Shown here in pieces: positions 26,940-39,429 of a stretch of DNA of 64,000 bases; positions within the stretch are counted from its first letter, which is position 1, and each line of letters begins with the position of its first letter. Below the pieces are notes generated by a model. The model saw nothing but the letters and a program-made list of their open reading frames with translations. It did not search any database and had not been told where the DNA came from. Both the position numbers and the translations under genes were made by a program. Source of the DNA: Eledone cirrhosa (taxonomy: Eukaryota). The stretch covers positions 162,068,001-162,132,000 of the forward strand of contig OZ024740.1 in assembly GCA_964016885.1 (NCBI GenBank), read 5' to 3'.

Positions 26940-28770
26940 CACGAAGGGCACTGCAGTATGGATGCCTTTACGTTTCTGGCCATATTGCAGCATTTTGATG
27001 GTTTTATTTGTGCTAGCCACCAATTTGCAACTTTTCCTGGGCCTTAGGTAGAGGGACTTGTTCAACAAATATAATGCAGTCTCCATCCAAAGCTCAAAAA
27101 ACTGGTGATGGGCATGTGACCTATGCTGCCCAAAAGGGAGCAAACCTTGACAATTGGTAACTAGAATGTTAAAACACTTACAGACAAAGAACAGAAGGCT
27201 AGATGTTACAAGCTAAATATAGCCAGAGATTCCACAACAAAGTTCCATGGCTTTGGTATTGTAGATATAGATGGAGGATGGAAACACCACCATTCAGGTG
27301 TGGTGCCAGAAAAGACTGCACAGGCATGTGAGGGGATACGCACAAGCCACCTAAGCAAAGGAGGCTTACAAGGCTTGGCTCGGAAATAAGTCCTCCTCCT
27401 TGCACTTGCAGAACAAGCAGGCACAAAAAGTCACAGCTGAGACAGTAAAGGCATCCAAAGTTAAGACATGGGAGGACTTTCAGGTTAAGCTGGAGTCAGA
27501 CTTCAGATCAGTAAATAAAGTATTCGGCACACCATCTGTCAACTTCATAACAAGTCTTCCTCCGCGCCTGCCATCAAAACGTGTCTGGGGTTCTCCTCTC
27601 CTAACATTGGAGGGATTGACTAACCTATCGGAAACTGAGGTCACGAGAGCAATTAAAGAGCTCAAATATGGCAAGACTGCTGGGGAGGATAAAATGCTGC
27701 TAGAGAAAACCTCTATTTAAGGCTGACTTGTGTGAGCCAGGTGTCCTGGATCTCAGGAATGACACCTAAGCAAGTGATAATACCATTTTTCAAATAAAAA
27801 AAAAAAACGATTGTTCTAATTATAGAGGAACTCTGTGTTAAGCTGCTCCTGTAAAGACTATGCTAAGTCTATGGCAAAGAGATGTAGGGATGCTGATAAA
27901 GAATTTGATTTTCACCCTGGACATAACATAGCCAACCAAAGACATATATATGACCAAGATCCACAGGAGTTGTGGTAGAAACCTCTGCAGGAGTATGGGA
28001 TTGATGGACAACTTCTTGTTGCCCTGATGTCGCTGTACAAATGCTCTAGTATTTGTTTATGGATAAATGGTGCTTCGTTGAAATCATTCAAGTGGGTGTC
28101 AGATACCCCACCCCCCTACCCAAGGTGTATTGTCACCTCTCCTGTTTATAATGGACAGCATTGACATGTGCCACTGGGTTGGAAGTAGGATCAGTCAGCT
28201 GGAATTTGCAGATGTTATGGTAATATTTAACTCACCGGAAGGTGATCTCAGGCATACACTTGATAGGTTTGCAGCCAAGTGCTGCAACGCAAGAATGAAA
28301 ATCAGTGCTGAGAAAACTGAGAAACTTGTCCTCTCAAGAGAGCCTGTGCAGTACACTCTACATGTGAGTGGATTTACGCTGAAGTAAGTAGAGAAATTCA
28401 AGTATTTCGGGACCGTGTTCATGAATGATGGAAGGCAGGAGGCTGAATTAAGTGCAGGAGCTGGTGAAGCAATGTGCCAGCTCCAGCACTGTCATCAGAA
28501 AGGAGGTAGATGTAAAAGCTAAGGCTGCTACTTTCATTCGGTATTTGTGCCAACCCTTAATTCTGGTCACTATTCTTGAGTAATGACCAAAAGAATACGA
28601 TCGTGAATACCAAAGACCAAAATGGGGTTCCTTTGAAGGGTCTTTGCAGTAACATTACTCAACAGAGTGCATAGCTCATAGATCAAGAAATTGCTCCAGG
28701 TAAAGCCATTACTTCTCCAAATTAAGAGATCTCAGCTGCAATACTATGGACATGTGGTTAGAATGTCTCA
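26940..28770 (+). mobile_element. Decayed, internally deleted RTE LINE (APE start to thumb)
   Basis: LTIGN*NVKTLTDKEQ near 27147, LKYGKTAGED, LSPLLF, LEFADVMV and YYGHVVRM. Confidence 0.85.
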
Positions 28771-29406
28771 ATAAGTAGGCAAAGAAGAACTATAATTATA
28801 GTTATTTTCAAATTTCCAAATGCAGGTCAACCTAATCATATATTTAATAGAAACAGTTCTATATGAACAAGACACAGTCACCTGACCCAACTTTCCTCTA
28901 AATGAGACAACCTGTCTAACCCATACTAGTGTGGAAAATGGATGTTAAATGATGATGATATGCATGTGAACATGCATACTAGTTACACACATTTACATAT
29001 ATCATAATATATATATATATATAACAAATATATATTACTTATAGTTGAAAAATATACACACACATAAAATCTTAAAAGACAAGCTCAGCCAAATCAGAAA
29101 CCCCTTTCAACAACATAGAAAAAAAATACAAAACCCCTACTCTCAACAAGAGCACATGTAAATCTGAACCTAATGGCAACTAGAGCAAAGAACACTATCC
29201 CCTACCCAATTTTTTTTAAATACCCCCAACCCTTCGCAGACTTGTTGACGGCACTTGCTTTTTGGCATTACAGGAAGGCTCTCTCAGTACTGCCATTCCA
29301 GAAACTAAACTTGCCTTAACCAGGAATGCATGTATGACAACCTAGAAGGAACACAATAGAAACAACATATTAAAAAGAAAAAATATATATATATTGGTAG
29401 GAGCAG

Positions 29407-29449
<43 letters not shown>

Positions 29450-29579
29450 CACATACACACTTATATATACAGAATATATATATATATATACATACAGAGA
29501 GAGAAAGAAAATCAGACAGAAAGATTATATATGAGTATGTATATTATATTCGTACACATTTCATACTCCTTTCAGAGAG

Positions 29580-30712
29580 AAGGAAAATGACAGAGTAGTG
29601 GAACAGTAAGGTAGATGAGACAATTAAGGCCAAGAGAGAGGCATGGGGAAAAATGGAAGGGGGGAAGCAGGGCACATTACCTGGAAGCCAGGAGAGAAGC
29701 TAGACAACTAGTATAGTTTGCAAAGAGGGAAGCAGAAGATAAAAAATGTAAGCCTATTTTGCAGTGTGAAGACCAGAGGCGTGAGGTGTTTAGGGATCAT
29801 GAGGTAGTGCATCAGGAAAAATTGTGATGTTGGAAAGAAGTGTGTCTGAGATGATAAAGGCACACTTGCTCTCACGGACGCTGAAAAAAAAGTAGCATTG
29901 ACGAACCATTATGAAAGATTACAGAATGTTGGAGAATGCATGAGAGCAAGATGGTCTATCCCAAGTTGACTCAAAAGAGGGTCCAGCCATACAAGTCAGC
30001 ACAGCATAGTAATGCAAACTATGGGTACATAGATGTAGTGGTATCTCAAGTAGGTTAGCTAAGAATGTAGGTTTTACATGTGGCCATTGCACAGGAGCAG
30101 TAAGCAGCAAACACCCACAGGAAACAAGCTCTATCAAATTCTTGATAGACAGTTTCTGCAACCTGGGTGACTAAATCAGCAGTGAAGGTAGGTGTTCCAA
30201 AAGTACAGTAGCCAGAGTGAGAATGGGATGGAAAATGTTCAGGGAGCTACTATTACTGCTAGCTACAAAAGGTTCAAAACGAAGGGCAGATTGTATAATG
30301 TGTATATACAAACAGTAATGTTGCTTGGTAGCAAGACCTGGGCACTGTGCAGAGGACCTGCAAAGTTTGGAAAGAAATGAAGCTTACATGCTTTGATGGA
30401 TGTGTAATAGTAATATAAATAAAAGGCAAAGCATAAACGAACTGTGAAAGAAATTGGGCATAAGAGGCATCAGATGCAGTGTGCAGGGGAGGTATTCAGA
30501 TGATAGCTGTATAAAAAGATGCAGAGGACTGAAAGTTGTTGGGAGATATGGAGTAGGAAGATCTAGGAAGACTTAGGATGAGGTGATAAAAGCTGACCAT
30601 GCACAATTGCACCTCTCAAAGGCGATGACACAGGACCGAGATATCTGTCATTTTACAGTAATACAAAAGACCCACCTTCTCCTGTGCACAGGTTGAAACA
30701 TACATCTAGTAC
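29580..30712 (+). mobile_element. Decayed RTEX-like LINE with internal deletions
   Basis: Patches align with 52840-53240 and 54165-54910. Confidence 0.85.
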
Positions 30713-33141
30713 ACACTGTCTGTTTTATTTGCTGGAATGACAATCAACTTCATTCTCATTTATTTGTCTGCTTCATGGTCTCAACAGGCAGAATGGAGAA
30801 GACGTTTCTATTGAGGAAGCGTGATATATTTCATTAGAAATATGGTCACAAAAAGGTTCATCAATTTTCGAGATCACTTTTCCTTCTAAGCTGTCAACCT
30901 TAGGCAAATCACTAAAATAAACATTGATGTAAACAAGCCTCATTAAATTGTTTTTGTTTTTGTTGTTTTTTTAGCACTTAGAAATTAATTAGCCGTTGAT
31001 CTCTAAGTTACCCTCAGAGAAAGTGCCTCATTTAAATTCTCATATCTGCAATATTTTGACAACCTAACTAAATTGTGAACTGAACACAATTTAAATGAAT
31101 ACCACAAAGCCAGGCAATGACATCAACTAGCTTTGTCAAAATACGTTTTCTCCTATCTCAATTCATTTTGCGGAGATCTACATGTCCCTATAGTATTGAA
31201 AGGGTTAAAGGACACACCAGACCCAAGCTTACAAAACTCACACATGAGACATTTTTCAAAAATAAAATAAAAACCTGTGATACATTAAGTTTTGTTAACA
31301 AGAAAGAAATTAACGGAGGTAATAAATAAACAATTAAGCATCTTATCACTTGTCACGTGTCTAGTTGTATGTACAGTTGTCAGATCCCAAATACACTTCA
31401 CTGACAAATGTTTGTAAAAATCAATCAACTTTGACTTAATTTTTCTACACACAATTGAGGTTATCGGCGATTTACTTAACTGTTGAGACACAGTTCGGAA
31501 ACCTCTGTATTGGACAATGTGGTTCTATATGTAAAAAAAAAGATAGGGCGATCCCAGTAGAGGATAGTTTTCAAAATGAAAGATATACCAGGTGTCAATT
31601 TAATGCCACTTCCAATTCTGTATGCATATATATATTTACTTACATACACACACACACACATAATTTATGGCGTTTCCGGTATGAAAGCAAGGCATTTTTA
31701 TGAGGCAGCTGGAAAAGTGAACATACATACAATATGCAATGTTACTTCTATAATATGGTTGTGATATTAAAAATTGCATGTTCTGGATTGAGTACCTTGA
31801 GTGTTCCCACCCCCATTATGCAACACACACAACACGAGAGGTGGTCTAGGTCGGCAAATAGTGAATGCAGAAATTTGACACTGACTTATACAGTCTTTTT
31901 TCAATGTATGTTGGATAGCTGGTAACAACTCCAAAGAAGCAGAGTATATATGACAGAAAATAGTCCGATCGTTCACACTTCGTGTCTCCATGTGTTGTGT
32001 GAAATTTAGTGGACATTGAAATATATCAACGTGGGTTGGCAACAATCGATGCGTTGAAGCAGGTGGTATCTCATTGTGTCTCAATTGTGAAAAGTCAACA
32101 AGAGAATAAACTAAATTGAAAAAAATAATTCATAAGTTTTCTTTAAGGCCTTTCGTGTCGACTTCTTAGTGCATCCATCAATTCGTGTAGTATACGTACT
32201 AAATTTGTTTATTGCCAAATTATACGATGTTATTTTAACCTTGGAATATTCAATTCAAATTTTCTGCGATATCGGAGAACAGATCATTCTGTCGTTTAAA
32301 AGATTTAGAAAATGAATGCTTCATAGAAAAGAAAATGTATTAAAAAAAAAAAAAAGAATACAAGAGAAACATCCTGGCGTCAATATTATCATCTAATATA
32401 GTTAATGTAAATGTTGGAGAAGTTCAATGTTCTAAAGCAGAGCTATCCAAACGAGAAATTTTTTAAGACTAAAATTTGTCGTGACTCATTAAGTTTAACC
32501 AGTCATGTGTAATACTATGCAGAGTAGTCAGATCTTAAATATACGTCTCAGCCAAATATTCGTAAAATGCGTTCAGATTTGACTTAATTTCGCGACACAT
32601 TTATTGGCAAACAGAAATATACAATAATAAAAACATTTTTAAAATAATGACCAGGAAGAAATAAAAAGCACATGGGAGAGGGGAAAAACTCTTTGCGTTT
32701 TGCTGGGAGGTACAACTCAGCTGCACTCCAACAAGATTATCGCCGAAACAGTTCGGAAACCTGTTTCAAGGTCCTTGCCTTCTTCATGAGAAAAAGTGGT
32801 GGTATCACAAGCCGGAGGAATATTTGGAAAATATGTCCCAAATGCAGACACACTTCCGTTGGTACTCATGTAAAGTGACAATAAATTGAAGTATATACAC
32901 TAGAAAGATGAATGATTTCGGATAGAATGGATATTTTAGAAACAAGAAAGGAAGAAGATGGAGAAGAAAGATGTGATTATTGAATGTAACAATATAATAC
33001 GACTGTACAGGAAGCAACATTTGGCTACATTTTTCTCTACACGTTGTGACTGCCACATGATAGAAACCCGTTACTGAGAAAAAGTAAACACATTTTATAT
33101 ATATATATACATGTGTGTGTGTACATATATATATATATACA

Positions 33142-33705
33142 TGGTGGCTGCCAACTCGTTTTAGAGGACGGCCACTACTTTATATCCATGTAGGAGAACC
33201 CCTACCGATGCACTGAACGAGTGTGACTTTTTAGTCCAGCCAGTGACTTGAAAACTCTGGTACAAACACTACGCTTGTGATAATTATTGACACAGTGTTG
33301 GGCCCATGGTACCATGTTACGGCAAGTGCAGAGAGATCTCCAGATATAAAGCAATGCCTGTGCCGTGAAGCTTTTATAGTGAGCAAAGGCACTGCACAGA
33401 GCCAGTCCCACTCTCTTAACCAAGATGATATTTACCAAAAAGAACAAGTCAACATCATTGGATACCATCAGGGTTGCAGGTGTTATATCAGAGTTTTCCT
33501 TCTCCTAGAATTCTGCCTTGACAAAAGCTAAGGGGTCATCTCTGCCGGTGATTTTGGATGGCCATTGACTCTTAAGAGGTCCTTTGCCCTTTGACAGGTT
33601 TTGTTTTTAGTCCAGCAGAATGTCCAAAGTCACCCTCCTCACCAAGAAACCTTGGTAGGGTTGCCAGTTTAGTCGCCAACGACCCGACCATGGGACAGGT
33701 TGTAC
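33142..33705 (-). mobile_element. Non-autonomous RTE derivative (5' UTR joined to 3' end)
   Basis: Minus strand has RTE-type 5' motifs CGACTAAACTGGCAACCC and AGGAGAAGGAAAACTCTGA, then a C2H2 remnant [20 protein letters not shown]. Confidence 0.6.
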
Positions 33706-33725
33706 TGGGATACATACATACATAT

Positions 33726-34483
33726 GATGGCTCCCCCTCGTTATCATAGCACGAGGAGAAAAACAAAATATTAATAAATAAATAAAAAATAAAAAATAAA
33801 AAATAAATATATATATATATACATACACACACACATATACATATATACACACATATATATATACATACACACATATACATTAATAACAATAATAATAATA
33901 ATAACAACAATAATAATAACGACAACAACAACAATAATAATATACATATACATACATATATACACACACGCACACACATAAACATATCTATACACACACA
34001 CACACACACACTATAGCAACTAACAGCGCTGCGATCGAATGTGGCTTTTTAGACCAGCCAATGATCTAAAATGCCTTGCACAGAGTCGGCAACCAAAACA
34101 TTCACTGGGAATAGTCGGCTGTGGTTGGAGTTCATGTACTTTTGCATGTCGCTTGAGCCCTCCTGCTGATTTACATTCTCTACTACATGTTTGGCAAGCA
34201 TGATGAGTAGCATCTCCAACAGCAGCCTGGTAGTCAACCAAAGGAGGACGCTCGCCGTCTGGAAGTGCAACAGCAATGCCCTTCCTCACATCCCGCTTTA
34301 CTTTCTCGTATGCGATTCGAGATGCCTCAAAGGCAACTTTTCCCTCATATACAGTCTTTGCCATTTATTACAATCAGCAGCAATATTTTCCCATGTATCA
34401 GCAGAGATGTTAGCGTCTTTCAAAGAGGCTTTCAAGGAATCCTCATACCTCTTTTTTGGTTTATGTGGCGGTCGTTTTCCTTT
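33726..34483 (-). mobile_element. 5'-truncated copy of the C2H2-RTE LINE
   Basis: Near-identical to 58380-59150, with an 87-bp in-frame deletion of the first zinc finger. Confidence 0.95.
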
Positions 34484-34791
34484 ATATATATATATACATA
34501 CATACATACATATATATATACACATACATACATACACACATATATATATATACATACATACATACACACATATATATATATACATACATACACACATATA
34601 TATATATACATACATACATACATATATACACATATATATATATATATACACATACATATATATATATATACACATACATATATATATATATACATACATA
34701 CATATATATATATATACATACATACACATATATATATATACATACATACACACATACACATATATATATACATACATACACACACATATAT

Positions 34792-34842
<51 letters not shown>

Positions 34843-35009
34843 CATATATATATATACATACATACATACACATATATATATATATACATACATACACATA
34901 TATATATATATACATACATACACATATATATATATATACATACACATATATATATATACATACATACATACATACACATATATATATATATATACATACA
35001 CATACATAT

Positions 35010-35052
<43 letters not shown>

Positions 35053-35068
35053 CATATATATATGTGTG
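34484..35068. repeat. Compound (TA)n/(TACA)n microsatellite
   Basis: Read directly from the sequence. Confidence 0.95.
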
Positions 35069-35073
35069 TTTTA

Positions 35074-35219
35074 CAGTTCTTCTGCTTTTCAAAAGTAGAG
35101 TTGAGATGGAGGGTCTGTGGTTTTTCTCACAGTGTGTATATATACATATATCTATACACACTGTGAGAAAAACCACAGACCCTCCATCTCAACTCTACTT
35201 TTGAAAAGCAGAAGAACTG
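35074..35219. repeat. Perfect foldback (about 66-bp arms), Penelope-like terminal repeat
   Basis: CAGTTCTTCTGCTTTTC...CACAGTGTGTATA pairs with TATACACACTGTG...GAAAAGCAGAAGAACTG. Confidence 0.9.
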
Positions 35220-35233
35220 CGAAACCGGTAAAG
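35198..35233 (+). ncRNA. Minimal type I hammerhead ribozyme, U3-A8 core variant
   Basis: CTT-TTGAAAA-GCAG(AAGAA)CTGC-GAAA-C(CG)G-TA|AAG. Stem III is the palindrome ACCGGT and the site is GUA. Confidence 0.65.
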
Positions 35234-35513
35234 GAACCAAATAAATATATTTTTTTGAAAATAAGACTCCAGTTGCATTTTCGATTTCATCTCTTTTTCT
35301 TTATACTTTCACTCGTGTAGGACACCTCGGGTTATTTTTCATTTTGTAAAAAAATACTCACTTTCTAATATATATATATATATATATATTTATTAAAATA
35401 ACAGATTAAAGTTTAAGCAAAGAATCGCTGCTTTCACCCTTAACGGGATCTTCTGAAACTAACAAAGTCAATCTGTAAACGCAGAAGTGGATATTTCAAA
35501 AAAAGTTGCAACC

Positions 35514-36192
35514 GCTTTATATGGCATAACCCACCATATAATATGGAGGTGGCCACACCATTAGCTAAGATCTTTCTATCCCTTATTACGAAGCATTTCC
35601 CCCTACACATAAATATAGTAAAATTTTTAATAGAAATACTATTAAAATTTTTTACTCTACGACTCCTAACCTTGCACATAACATCACAGCTTCAAATTTA
35701 GTTAAACTACCTTGCCGTAGGGACACGTGCACCCCTGTAGTTAGTACTAACTGTAATTGTAGGAATCGGATTGATTGGCCCCTATCCAGGAAATGCCTCT
35801 CTAGTAACATTGTCTACAAATGTAAGGTTGAAACACCCACGTCCCGTAGGGCCTACATAGGGTTAACCGCCAATAGATTCAAGCAGCGTCTTTACATGCA
35901 TACCCATTCTTTTCGTTACCCTCTAAGAAGGAATATGACGTCACTTTCAGCTTATATCTGGTGTCTAAAAGACAACCACACCTAATTTAAGTTACACTGG
36001 GAGATCCTAGCTAGGGCTAGATCGTATAATGGAAATAAAAGACCATGTGACCTCTGCGCCGCTGAGGCCCTGGAAATACTCTACACCACAGACCACATCT
36101 TAAACAAAAAATCTAAGGCAATTTCGGCTTGTAAACATAAATTGCACAAAACTTTCCTGTATTACAGCTCCACATTATACCCTAACGGATAG
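35514..36192 (+). pseudogene. Penelope-like RT thumb + Zn knuckle + GIY-YIG endonuclease (disrupted)
   Basis: From 35752: CNCRNRIDWPLSRKC..NIVYKC..AYIGLT..FKQR..H..LSAYIW.LK..*..WEIL..CDLCAAE..ACKH. Internal TAA at 35983 and a frameshift in the thumb. Confidence 0.85.
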
Positions 36193-36762
36193 TACGATCT
36201 ATACGTGGATATTTTACGTCTTGATGTGGTAGCTAAGTATATGTTATGTTTATTCCATTACTTATTTGCATAGGTGAGTATATATTACCTGTATGTTTTG
36301 TGAAGGTATGTATACTTTCTTGTACGTATATTTGATTGTATATGTTATGGCGTATATTTTTATATATTCTGGTACATATGCTTTTGGTTATGTGTATACA
36401 GGAGTTTTGCGTCTGTGTGAGTATGCGGGTTCGTACGTATGTTGGGTGTGTGTATATGTGTACTTCATGTTTTGGTTGACGTACGTCTCTGAACATTTGT
36501 GTATTTACATGTAGGTATGTGTGCGCGCTTGTTATATACGTATTTATTTATTTAATTACTTATTTATTTGTATACACACACACACACATTTATCTGTGCG
36601 TGGTTTGTATACCTATGGCGAGTGTTTTCGCATATGCTTGTGTATGTACGTATTTGGATGAGTGTATGTATTTATTTAATTTCAATTACCTCTGTATTGT
36701 ATTTTATTTACTTTATTCTTAACTCTGAAGCGGAGAATCATTCGGTTTCCTAGTTAGAATTT

Positions 36763-37020
36763 TAGTCTACGATTTCAGCTATACCATTTACGTGGTTTTG
36801 TCTTTGCGTGCAATTGTTCTCCACGCTCCACATATGACGTATTATCTTCGTTTTGTCCGTTCATTGCCAGAGAACGTCTCTATGAACCACCTAAGTCTAC
36901 GACTTCTTTTATACCATAAACGTGGTTGTCTTTGCGTGTAATTGTTTTTCACCGCTCCTTTTAATGACGTATTATATTCGTTTTTTCCCGGTCTTTGCCA
37001 GGGAACGTTTCCACGAACCA
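36763..37020 (+). repeat. About 130-bp tandem duplication in the Penelope 3' region
   Basis: Two diverged units AGTCTACGA...GAACCA. Confidence 0.8.
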
Positions 37021-37097
37021 AAGTATTGTCTTCTGTCTTCCTCCGGTTGCAACGTTTTTTTAAATATTCACTTCTGCATTTACAGATTGACTTTGTT

Positions 37098-37148
37098 AGT
37101 TTCAGAAGATCCCGTTAAGGGTGAAAGCAGCGATTCTTTGCTTAAACT
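37098..37148 (+). ncRNA. Hammerhead-like fold with non-canonical CAGAAGA (A4) core
   Basis: AGTTT-CAGAAGA-TCCC(GTTAA)GGGT-GAA-AGCA(9 nt)TGCT-T|AAACT. Stems I and III are perfect. An identical copy lies on the minus strand at 35410-35460. Confidence 0.55.
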
Positions 37149-37258
37149 TTAATCTGTTATTTTAATAAATATTTGCTCTACGGTTCTTATATATTTGATA
37201 TATATTTATCCTTATCGAGCCCTCTTTGGATTTTAGTCTTCAAATTTATTATTATTAC

Positions 37259-37290
<32 letters not shown>

Positions 37291-37426
37291 TATCAGATTA
37301 AAGTTTAAGCAATGAATATAAATATATATATATATATGCAGAGGTTATATTTAATTTGTTGGGATTCAACTAGCTTAAACATTTTTATAACTGATATAAA
37401 GCACTCAACAAGTTAGTGGAGTAAAT

Positions 37427-37923
37427 ATACAATATATTAATAAATGGAAACTATATTTATAAAACAATAATTATTTTATCATATATATTTCAAGGGTGAC
37501 CAAGGTAAATTATGGTGCGCTTTCATCAGATAAAATACAGATTTGTTTTATAAATAAATATTGAGATACCCGGAAAAAAGATAACCTCAACTGTTGAAAT
37601 TCGCTGGTTAGTGGAGATAATTGAGGGTATCTATTTTCTTCCAACAGTTTTAATTTAAAATAAACCGTTGTTTTTTTTCAATTTTTCCGACACTCATTTG
37701 CATACTCACTCACAAATTTGTATCACCCTCAATTATCTCCACTATCCAGCAAATTTCAACCGTTGAGGTTGTCTTTTTTCAGGGTATGTCAATATTTATT
37801 TATAAAACAAATCTGTATTTTATCTGATGAAAGCGCATCATAATTTACCTTGGTCGCCCTTGAAATATATATAATAAAATAATTATGGTTTTATAAATAT
37901 AGTTTCCATTTATTAATATATTG

Positions 37924-37925
<2 letters not shown>
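37427..37925. repeat. 500-bp foldback element (about 200-bp arms) carrying hammerhead motifs
   Basis: 37427-37628 is the reverse complement of 37725-37925. Confidence 0.9.
37816..37881 (+). ncRNA. Type I hammerhead ribozyme (canonical core)
   Basis: TATTTTAT-CTGATGA-AAG..CTT-GAAA-T(ATAT)A-TA|ATAAAATA, with an 8-bp stem I and an AUA site. The mirror copy at 37472-37537(-) has G17. Confidence 0.7.
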
Positions 37926-37954
<29 letters not shown>

Positions 37955-38294
37955 ATGTATATATACACAGAGAGAAAGAAAGAAGTTGTACACGTGGTGA
38001 ACTCATATAAAAGCAACGCTGGGGGAACAAGGAATAGGAACAGTCTGCTCATATTCAAATTTGAAATGAATCACTAATAAAAATCTCGATAAACCCACAT
38101 GAAAAAAAAAGCAAACAAAGCCTTATGAGCAATTTGTAAAATTAAAGGATTGCTTATTTTCGTAAATTTATAGAAAATGTGTTCCCTCGTATTTTTTGTT
38201 TGCTATCAACTAAACTAACCTTCAAGATTCTGGCAATCGACTTTTTTTCTCAGTGTCCCTCCCCCCCCGCATGCTATCAACGAATATGACCTCC

Positions 38295-38630
38295 AAAACC
38301 AGTCGGAGACGACTAGATTTGTGCAAAAAGTAGGGTGAAAGGGGGCCAAAAGACCATCGAAGTTTCACAGATCTACACACCTCTCACGTTTCGTGGGAAA
38401 TAATTATCTTTCCTTGTTTTCTTCTGGACCTCTTAGATGCTTACAATCGACTTTTTTCCCCCCGGAAAACGGAAACCTTAACCTCAATCCGGGAAAAAAG
38501 TCTAAGAGGTCCATAAAAATGGAACAAAGATAATTATTTCCCACCAAACACGAGAGGTGTGTCGAAATGCGAAACTCCGATGGTCTTTTGGACCCCTTCC
38601 ACTACAAATCTAGTTGGTTCCGATTAGTTT
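38295..38630. mobile_element. Foldback/MITE-like element with long imperfect inverted arms
   Basis: GACTAGATTTGT..CCAAAAGACCATCG..GGGAAATAATTATCTTT is mirrored by AAAGATAATTATTTCCC..CGATGGTCTTTTGG..ACAAATCTAGT. Confidence 0.65.
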
Positions 38631-39429
38631 GAAGGTTCTATTCGTGGTCAACACGCAAAAAAAAAAATTGTAGGGAAAACTCTGTTCTCCATTCTCATAA
38701 AAAAAAATTTCCCCTTTCTAAAATAGAGTAGGGTGTTCTATAACAGTACCTTTATTTTTGTTTCATTACAAATGCACCTCTACAGGTTTATATACACTTA
38801 ATTCTCCAATGGCACTAAAATAGTTTCCCCACTTGGCCTGCTAGAAATAACAATAAATCTTTTAAACACTCAGCTTTCATTTAAAATAAGTCAATTAAAG
38901 TAGCGTATTCGTGAGCAACTGAATACAAAGAAACCAATTAAAGAGCTCCTTTATATTGTTGTTGTGTTGATCAGAGCCTGGTTAGCCCGGGTAATGGAAA
39001 TCTATGATACAAAGCTTTAAAGCCAGGTTCATAACATCATTAGCTTTCCAGACAGTCTATCTAACACTAAGTTACGCTAGACACTCATTTCTTTTTTAAA
39101 GCGATAGAATATCATTTGCAGGAGATATGGCTATTTCTAGCAGGTTGAGCTACCACGTAGAGACCTCTGATTCTACTTGCTAGAAATACCAGCCAAAATT
39201 AACCTTTGAAAAAATATCATACCATAGGCCTAGGCCATTGCTTGGTTGTTGCAATATGACATTAGAACAGGCACACGTTTCCTTCAAATCGACAAGCAGC
39301 TTCTAGTCATACCATTTAAAAGTGGTTCTCAGCTTTCCTTTGCTTACACTATTGCACCCCCCCCCTCTTTTTTTTTGCCCTCCTTATGGAAAACAATAGA
39401 ATGTAACTTGTTGATGCATACAGTGTTGT

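Larger units (their letters stand above)
35391..37312 (+). mobile_element. Penelope-like retroelement (Naiad-type), 5'-truncated, with inverted 5' pseudo-LTR
   Basis: RT-thumb remnant WHNPPYN..FLSLITKHFP..KIFNRNTIK followed by a GIY-YIG endonuclease. 35391-35514 is the reverse complement of 37044-37167. Confidence 0.85.

Noticed and set aside
31830-32095. Possible mariner-like left end
   Set aside because: No matching right TIR or transposase could be identified.
32725-32762. GAAACAGTTCGGA motif (also near 31485) resembling a hammerhead 3' half
   Set aside because: No catalytic core is present.
34191-35204. Long Y/I/H/T-rich ORFs (also at 44-45 kb, 50.4-51.5 kb, 59-60 kb and 63 kb)
   Set aside because: These are translations of microsatellites that happen to lack stop codons.
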